Shown: in pieces, positions 58,093 to 64,000 of the stretch
How the letters are laid out: each line of letters starts with the position of its first letter
Position numbering within the stretch: the stretch's first letter is position 1
Origin: Ignavibacteriota bacterium
GTDB lineage: Bacteria > Bacteroidota > Ignavibacteria > UBA10030 > UBA6906
Direction of reading: 5' to 3'
NCBI GenBank assembly: GCA_963801355.1
Contig: CAWDEM010000004.1
Coordinates: forward strand, 1,472,001-1,536,000
Length of the DNA: 64,000 nucleotides
Program-made: the position numbers and the translations under genes
Notes under the pieces: model-generated
The model's database searches: none
Told to the model about the DNA's origin: nothing
Seen by the model: only the letters and a program-made list of their open reading frames with translations

Positions 58093-61052
58093 CAGAGAAT
58101 CTTGAGCGATATCATGAATTCCCTGGTGGTCCGCTGTTCCTTTTCGAAGGCAAGAGCGTACCCCAGGGAGATCGTGGACGAAAGGTTCGAAAAGATGACC
58201 AGCTTGAAGTCGAGCTGGGCGCCGGCATTCGCGACAGTGCGCTGCGATAAGGAAAGCTGAGGGTTGGCAACAATCGTGCCCGTGAAGAGCGCAAGCCGCG
58301 CCCAGGTACAGTACAGGCCGGAGACCCCCAGACGCCTGAATCGCAGCGGCGGGAGCGTCCACTCCAGCATCCCCTTCATGAATGTCGTGCCTCCGATCTC
58401 ATTGAGAGGGGTGCCGGGGAAGCTCTCGACGTCGCGGTAGCGTCGCGCCTCGCGGAAGTCCACCCAGTTGTTCCCGAATCCACCGAAATAGAAATTGGCG
58501 AAGGGCTCCGCTTCATCCTTGGGGCAAAAGCCCGCGGCGGTGCGCAGCCAGACGGACGCGTGATCCCAGGGGAGGGCGAATCCCATATCCGCTGTCGCGT
58601 AGAATTGCGGAAACCAGACAGACCTGACGACGTACGTGTAGTTGTTCAGGGATAGCTGGAGCCCTTTTTCGGCGTCCACGGCGCCAAGAGAACGCATTGT
58701 GCGTGTGTACTTCAACTGTCCGCTGAGAGTAAAAAAGCGGTCGTACGTCACTGCGATGTCCTGAGCATACGGTAGCCGTTCCAATCCCCAATACGCTCCC
58801 ACCCCGAGCGTGTAGTCCATCGTGGTCGGTCGGTCGTCGAGCAGTAGGTCGCCGTAGTTCACCGTCAGCGCATTCCCTTTCCGGCTCCGTTTCGTGGGTC
58901 CGAACAGATCGTAGAAATCCGCGGCATTGTAACTGGCCCGGACCTTCCATTGCCAGTACTGATAGTTGAATGTGGCATGCAGCCGTTCGCTGCCGGCCAG
59001 ACTCCGCTGCGGCGAGTATGACACGCTCAGATCGGCATTGTGCAGCAGCAGCGGGTCAAAAATGCTCGCGCGCACACCCCATGCCACTGTACTCTTGTAT
59101 CCATGAACGATTGGAACGAGTGAGCCCAGAGTCAGGTGTGCCAGTCCGCTGTACTCGCCCGAGGAGACCTCCAGGGAATCGATGTTGATGTTCACAGGCG
59201 AAGGAGGAGGGAGTTTCCAGGTTGTGACTTCAGGATGGGTCTCGACCACCGACTGTCCGAGATACGCAATTAAGCTGAGGTCTTCACGCGGCTGGACGGC
59301 GATCATCACTGGTTGAAACCCGCGCGTTGAAAACCGGAATGCGGCAAAGGAATCAGGAGAGACGGGCACCGGCCGGAACAACCCTGTCTCGGCATTGGTC
59401 AGCCACTCCATCTGTCTACGCTCACGATCATAGCGCACGATATTGCTGACACCCGTCTGGAACGTGGAGCCATACAGATAGCGGCCATCCCCGGAAAAGA
59501 CAAAATTGAGAGGAGCGGTGTTTGTGAATTCATACAATACGTCGTAGTTGATCCGCATGGTCAGCAGACTGTCGATGGGAAGCGCGATCAGCTGGTGACG
59601 CCCGCTGATTTCGGTCATCGATGCGGCGAAGATTTGCCCGTCGGGGGAAATGTCGGGATCATAGAGGTCGATACCATACTTCAGGGGAAGTATCTCCTGC
59701 CAGGAATCGTACGGTGGTGGGATCCTGACGAGCCGCGATATCCCATCGTGGTGCTGGATTCCCCAGAGAGAACTGTCGCTCCGGCTGAACGCGAGATCGC
59801 CGATGCGTGCGTTGCGCAAAAGTGTCCGGTCTGAACCGCTCCGCACATCGAGAACTCTCAGGTCCCTCCACCCCCGGGAATTCTTGGTGGTGTAGAACAG
59901 GGCGTGGCGCGATTCGTCATACGCGGTTGAGGTGACGTTGTAGAGGGAGGGGGTAGGAAGATCAACGAGTCGCCGCTCCTCCCCTGTGTCGAGGTTAAGC
60001 GCGATGAAGTGCGCGGTTTCACCCGGGTAGTTGACTGCAAGTACCAGCGTCCGGTCGGCGGAATCCAGATGCGCCCTGGATACCGCCCCAAGCGGCGAAG
60101 CGCAGATCGCGCGTTCCTCCGTGGGAGGATAGCGCCTGAGGGAATCAAGGTTGGTTTCTTGCCAGTCATGCTCAAACCGGATCCAGTTCGACCACTCATC
60201 ATCCAAGTCCCGCCCGAACACCCGTTCGAACTGGGAGGCAAAATAGGCATTGCTGGTGTCAGACCGTGCAAACCAGTCGATCACCTTCTGTGGCCCGTAT
60301 TGCCTGCCGAGGTACGAAACGAAGCGTGTTCCGTAGAGATACGAGTTCGCACCAATCTGAAAATCGATGGTGGTGCCTTCGGACTCCAGTCCGACGAAGT
60401 CGTAGAAGTAACCGCTGTCGCGCACCATCGTCCGGAACACCATTTCGTCGTAGCCGTTGATTGTTCTTCCTATTCCGCCGGACATCCAGGTTTCCATGAA
60501 AACCGCTATGCCCTCGTGGTACCACCGGGGGGAATACTTCCGCGGGGTAGTCAAATAACTGTACACCATGGAGAGGGGTTCCTCTGCTACGGGGAGGACT
60601 TTTCCCATAAAGAGCCCCCGGAAAAAGCGATCCGATGGTGCGGCCTTATCTGTGGCAACGATGTGCGTGAGTTCATGGTTGGTAACCCAATTGAACCGCT
60701 CATTGGTGGGGGACGTCTCGTACGTGTACTCATAGGGTTCGATGCCCAGAATCATGTAGTTCCGGGGGAGGCTGGTTGCTCCGGCATACCCATAATCGTC
60801 GTAGTCCTGCAGAAAGATCAAAACATCTTCGGAAGGCGTGTAGTCGAACAGCCGCCGGTGGAAGGCAATCGAATTCTCAAAGCTCCGCGCAAGGTGGGGA
60901 ACGATGAATGAGTGCTGCCGCGCATAGTACACGAGCCGCATGTTTCTGGTCTGCAATGTATAGAAATCGGCGGCCGGCGCAAGCGATGTGCCTGCAAGAA
61001 AGAGGACCAGTACGGCCAGAGCTGGTGTGCGGAAGAATCGAAGTTGGGGCAT
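58092..61052 (-). CDS. Outer membrane protein: HEXXH metallopeptidase-like domain + TolB-like beta-propeller + C-terminal beta-barrel (Omp85/BamA-like)
   Basis: Signal peptide; NHELTH and PRWYHEGIA; PDISPDG / FSGDGRYLY propeller blades; amphipathic strands ending FMISLKIL. Confidence 0.75.
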   Translation of the reverse strand: MPQLRFFRTPALAVLVLFLAGTSLAPAADFYTLQTRNMRLVYYARQHSFIVPHLARSFENSIAFHRRLFDYTPSEDVLIFLQDYDDYGYAGATSLPRNYMILGIEPYEYTYETSPTNERFNWVTNHELTHIVATDKAAPSDRFFRGLFMGKVLPVAEEPLSMVYSYLTTPRKYSPRWYHEGIAVFMETWMSGGIGRTINGYDEMVFRTMVRDSGYFYDFVGLESEGTTIDFQIGANSYLYGTRFVSYLGRQYGPQKVIDWFARSDTSNAYFASQFERVFGRDLDDEWSNWIRFEHDWQETNLDSLRRYPPTEERAICASPLGAVSRAHLDSADRTLVLAVNYPGETAHFIALNLDTGEERRLVDLPTPSLYNVTSTAYDESRHALFYTTKNSRGWRDLRVLDVRSGSDRTLLRNARIGDLAFSRSDSSLWGIQHHDGISRLVRIPPPYDSWQEILPLKYGIDLYDPDISPDGQIFAASMTEISGRHQLIALPIDSLLTMRINYDVLYEFTNTAPLNFVFSGDGRYLYGSTFQTGVSNIVRYDRERRQMEWLTNAETGLFRPVPVSPDSFAAFRFSTRGFQPVMIAVQPREDLSLIAYLGQSVVETHPEVTTWKLPPPSPVNINIDSLEVSSGEYSGLAHLTLGSLVPIVHGYKSTVAWGVRASIFDPLLLHNADLSVSYSPQRSLAGSERLHATFNYQYWQWKVRASYNAADFYDLFGPTKRSRKGNALTVNYGDLLLDDRPTTMDYTLGVGAYWGLERLPYAQDIAVTYDRFFTLSGQLKYTRTMRSLGAVDAEKGLQLSLNNYTYVVRSVWFPQFYATADMGFALPWDHASVWLRTAAGFCPKDEAEPFANFYFGGFGNNWVDFREARRYRDVESFPGTPLNEIGGTTFMKGMLEWTLPPLRFRRLGVSGLYCTWARLALFTGTIVANPQLSLSQRTVANAGAQLDFKLVIFSNLSSTISLGYALAFEKEQRTTREFMISLKIL

Positions 61053-61071
61053 CGTGCTTCCACATGGAGAA

Positions 61072-61105
61072 GCACGGAGGAGAGGATGAGATCTCTCCTC
61101 CGTGC
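61072..61105. terminator. 13-bp intergenic hairpin (partial terminator or mRNA stabiliser)
   Basis: GCACGGAGGAGAG-N8-CTCTCCTCCGTGC. Confidence 0.65.
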
Positions 61106-61142
61106 CCGACCCGGTGAGTACGCTGTGGGCTATCAGTGATTG

Positions 61143-62108
61143 TCAGTTCTGCGCGGGAGCCGACTTGTCCTCCATTGCCGTCTTTTCCATCGCCGACCTT
61201 AGCTCCAAGGGGAGCGTGCGGTAGAGAGCTTGCTTCGATTCGACGGGAAGTCGATCATATGCCGCTTTCTGTTGATCGACAGGGAGTCTGGCGAAGGCGA
61301 GTGTCTTCGCATCAATCGGCAGTGCGGCGTAGATGATCATTCGCTCATCGATCGGTGCTTTGCCCAGCATCTGGCGCTGCTCTGCCGGCGGCGTTTTGAG
61401 GAATGGCTTCATGAATGCCTCGGGTGCCACTCTTTCGGCGAGGGCGGTGGCAGCCTCCACCGGCATGGTTTTCAAGACTGCGTACCGTTCCGCCGGTGCC
61501 ATCGCCTCGAAGGTTTTGAGGCGTTCGGGAACGGCTTGCTTCTCGAACTGGGCTGATGAGAACCTTGCTGCCAGACTGGCCTTTGCTGAAGCATCCAGTG
61601 CGGCATACGCAGCGTTCAGTTCAGCTGCGTCGGTCCGGAGGGCGAGTGCCGTCCGGTCAAGTGCACTCATGTTCGAGAAGAAGGAGTTGCGCTCGGCAGG
61701 GCTCATACGCTCCAACGCTGCTTTCAGTGCCTCGGGAGCAGTGCGGTCAAGTATTGCGGATGCATGTTCCTGCGCAAAACGAGCAAAGATTGCCGCCCGG
61801 GCTTCCATCGCCTGCTTGCCCACCAGTTCTGTCTTTTTCTCCACCGCCATGCGATCGAATGCCTCCACGGTCGCAGCCACCGAACTTCCTCCACCGGCTG
61901 CTTCCTGTCCGGCTAGCTGGACGTCAGCTTCTTTGATCTGCTCTGATCGGTACTTTGCGGCCGCCCCAATCGTTCCCGTGGCTTCATCGCTCGTAGTGGG
62001 CGGGTAGAAGAACGAAAAGTAGACGACAGCAAGAATGGCAAGCAAGGCACCACCAATCAGCCAAGGTGTCTTCTTGCTCTTCGACGCTTTGTTCTCTTGA
62101 CTCTCCAT
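61143..62108 (-). CDS. Membrane-anchored alpha-helical protein with about 19 12-aa repeats
   Basis: GGAGG SD; basic N-terminus + TM; repeats such as ALERMSPAERNS, AFARLPVDQQKA, AYDRLPVESKQA. Confidence 0.8.
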   Translation of the reverse strand: MESQENKASKSKKTPWLIGGALLAILAVVYFSFFYPPTTSDEATGTIGAAAKYRSEQIKEADVQLAGQEAAGGGSSVAATVEAFDRMAVEKKTELVGKQAMEARAAIFARFAQEHASAILDRTAPEALKAALERMSPAERNSFFSNMSALDRTALALRTDAAELNAAYAALDASAKASLAARFSSAQFEKQAVPERLKTFEAMAPAERYAVLKTMPVEAATALAERVAPEAFMKPFLKTPPAEQRQMLGKAPIDERMIIYAALPIDAKTLAFARLPVDQQKAAYDRLPVESKQALYRTLPLELRSAMEKTAMEDKSAPAQN

Positions 62109-62170
62109 TGTAGCCTCCTGTAATGTATGGTAATAACGCCCTGTGTTATCTGCGGTAGCTCTATCCGAAT

Positions 62171-62196
62171 TACGTCCGGGCTACCTGCGAGTTCAA
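62171..62196 (-). promoter_or_regulatory. Putative ECF sigma promoter
   Basis: Minus strand TTGAAC-N16-CGTA; compare B. subtilis sigmaW TGAAAC-N16-CGTA. Confidence 0.65.
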
Positions 62197-62203
62197 ATAT
62201 GTT

Positions 62204-63001
62204 TCACTGTTTCGGTTTGGTGGCCGCTCCGCCTCCGTCAAAAAGATCATGCTCGTACACAGATACGCCGTTTTCGAAGAATGTGAGGCGGACAGGTTCC
62301 GTATTCGAAGCCGGACGGCTGAAAACAAGGCGTAAATCCTTGACCTGATTCCCCCGGACGATGACTTTCCCGGGGAGGAGTTCCAGCGTGGTTTGTGCGT
62401 ATCCCGGCCGGCTCATGAAACGGACGGTTCTAGACCCGATATCGATCTGGAGGCGGGCCTCCAGCGGGGTGGAGCAGTCGAGCTGGACAGTCATTGCGTC
62501 CAGAGTTCCCTCGCTGAGCGTCTCAATGCTTCCCTTTGCGGCAGAGGTGAGGATGGCATGAGTTTTCCAGAGATTCTGGTCGGCGTGCCGCGCGATCATG
62601 GAACCCGCCACGTCCTGCTCGCTAATGGTGCTCCGCTGGACTGCGCTGAGTACCAGGGCAAGAGAGACTCCTCCCAGGGCGATCCCTCCCACGAAAGCAT
62701 ATACCAACCGCAGGTCCCGCAGAGGAAAAACCACCCGGGCCAGGGTCTCCTGGATCCTGCGTGGCTGCCGTTGAATGGTTTGTTGTGCCTCGATCGCACG
62801 CCGGACTGCAGGCCTAAGGCCTGGAGGCGGCTCAGCCGGACGGCTCTCCGAGTAGAGACGCAAGAGACCGTGCAGGTCCTCGCGGAGGGCCCTCGCATCA
62901 TCGTCCTTCGCGAGGAGCGTATCGAGTGTGCGTCGTTCCCTTTCGGTCAAGACGCCGTCAATTTCCCTGTTCAGGAGTTCTGTGGTTTTACTAGTGCTCA
63001 T
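62204..63001 (-). CDS. Transmembrane anti-sigma factor
   Basis: Overlaps the ECF gene; N-terminal ELLNREIDGVLT..L.LL anti-sigma pattern, one TM, periplasmic domain. Confidence 0.8.
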   Translation of the reverse strand: MSTSKTTELLNREIDGVLTERERRTLDTLLAKDDDARALREDLHGLLRLYSESRPAEPPPGLRPAVRRAIEAQQTIQRQPRRIQETLARVVFPLRDLRLVYAFVGGIALGGVSLALVLSAVQRSTISEQDVAGSMIARHADQNLWKTHAILTSAAKGSIETLSEGTLDAMTVQLDCSTPLEARLQIDIGSRTVRFMSRPGYAQTTLELLPGKVIVRGNQVKDLRLVFSRPASNTEPVRLTFFENGVSVYEHDLFDGGGAATKPKQ

Positions 63002-63548
63002 GGAATCGCAGCCCCTTTTTCACCAGCACTGTCCGCAGTTGCACCCGCGCGGAGAACAGCCTTGACTTCACCTTCTTCTCTGATATCTCCAGAATTGCGC
63101 CGATTTCTTCGTATGTCAATTCCTCAAAATGCCTCAGAACCAAAACCGCGCGCTGTTGTACGTTCAGCTCCAGAAGCCCGCTTCTGAGAATCTCCTCAGT
63201 GTCTTCCCGTTCTTCAGTTTCTTCCGGACCCGGTTCACCGGAAGCCATTTGATCGCTCAGCGGAGCGTGTTTCCTGTCGTGTTCCAGATGATCCAGCGCC
63301 CCGTTGACCAGAATCCGATAGAGCCAGCTGAAAAACCTGTATTTGGGATTAAATGTCCACAAACGCTCATAAGCCTTTACGAATGCCTCCTGGGTGATTT
63401 CTTCAGCTGCATCGTAATCCCCGGTCATGCGGAGCGCCACGTTGAACATCGTCTTTTGGTACTTGCCGACAAGTTCGTCAAACGCTTTTGCGTCACTGCT
63501 CACGCACTGTCTGACGAGTTCTCTGTCGTGGCTGTCTGCATCTTTCAT
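62991..63548 (-). CDS. ECF RNA polymerase sigma factor
   Basis: AFDELVGKY, AEEITQEAF, FFSWLYRI, LTYEEIGAILEIS..VKSRLFSAR. Confidence 0.95.
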   Translation of the reverse strand: MKDADSHDRELVRQCVSSDAKAFDELVGKYQKTMFNVALRMTGDYDAAEEITQEAFVKAYERLWTFNPKYRFFSWLYRILVNGALDHLEHDRKHAPLSDQMASGEPGPEETEEREDTEEILRSGLLELNVQQRAVLVLRHFEELTYEEIGAILEISEKKVKSRLFSARVQLRTVLVKKGLRFHEH

Positions 63549-63578
63549 AAATACCCGGCAGGGGGCAAAAAGTTGGTC

Positions 63579-63872
63579 CTATTCACTGTCGTCGATCGGG
63601 AAGACCAGGTCAAACCGGGCGATCATGAATACATCCCGAACGAATTTGGTCAATTTGACCAGAATGAGCGTCTGGCCGGAGTCGCTCAGTCGCTTTTGTG
63701 CCTTCAGGAGCACACCCAGGCCCGCGCTCGAGATGTACTCCAGATTCTGGAAATTGACACGGCTGGTTGTTACCACCCGGTCGAACACAGCACTGGCGAC
63801 CTCGACTTGTGAAGCGTCGAATCTGCCCGCGAGCAGTATTTCGCCGTCGTCCTGCACAGTAACCGTAAGCAT
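63579..63872 (-). CDS. STAS domain anti-anti-sigma factor (RsbV/SpoIIAA-like)
   Basis: GRFDA; LEYISSAGLGVLL with the phosphorylatable Ser. Confidence 0.93.
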   Translation of the reverse strand: MLTVTVQDDGEILLAGRFDASQVEVASAVFDRVVTTSRVNFQNLEYISSAGLGVLLKAQKRLSDSGQTLILVKLTKFVRDVFMIARFDLVFPIDDSE

Positions 63873-63873
63873 G

Positions 63874-64000
63874 CTAGGTCTCCAGTGTTTTGCTGAATGA
63901 GATTGTGCTCCGCCCGTTGGAGTACGAGTAGGTGAGGTTCTCCACCAGCTGCTTTACGAGGTGAATGCCTAGCCCGCCAATTCTGCGGCGCTCCAGGGGG
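63874..64000 (-). CDS. RsbW/SpoIIAB-type anti-sigma serine kinase, 3' end only
   Basis: Not in the ORF track; manual translation PLERRRIGGLGIHLVKQLVENLTYSYSNGRSTISFSKTLET*. Confidence 0.85.
   Translation of the reverse strand, partial: PLERRRIGGLGIHLVKQLVENLTYSYSNGRSTISFSKTLET

Noticed and set aside
1-64000. tRNA, rRNA, integrase, transposase, phage or defence genes
   Set aside because: None recognisable by eye; tRNAscan-SE, Infernal and DefenseFinder would be needed to exclude them formally

Overview
A ~60% GC bacterial chromosomal segment. Three secreted proteins ending in QN(Y/F)PNPFNP-type C-terminal sorting domains, plus the FCB-type etfBA-acd operon, suggest the Ignavibacteriota/Bacteroidota-Chlorobiota (FCB) group; this taxonomy is an inference. 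About 50 CDS are present. They include housekeeping genes (RRM protein, RhlE helicase, FKBP PPIase, GlnRS, EtfBA/acyl-CoA dehydrogenase, RND pump, OmpA), many carbohydrate-related genes and a HK/sigma54-RR pair. I saw no rRNA, tRNA, CRISPR array or mobile element. Main highlights: (1) a complete archaeal-type gatE-gatD amidotransferase pair 7.5 kb from a normal glnS, which should make it redundant; (2) a minus-strand locus at the right end (RsbW kinase, STAS, ECF sigma, anti-sigma, membrane-anchored 12-aa-repeat protein, HEXXH-metalloprotease/propeller/beta-barrel outer-membrane protein, PrsW protease) with an internal sigmaW-like promoter, a candidate undescribed trans-envelope signalling or export system; (3) a signal-peptide + C-terminal RAPP small ORF (candidate ribosome arrest peptide); (4) tandem secreted paralogs of unknown function behind a structured leader; (5) two single-base frameshifts (atl/MGMT-like gene, etfB). 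All calls come from reading motifs by eye; no database search was run.
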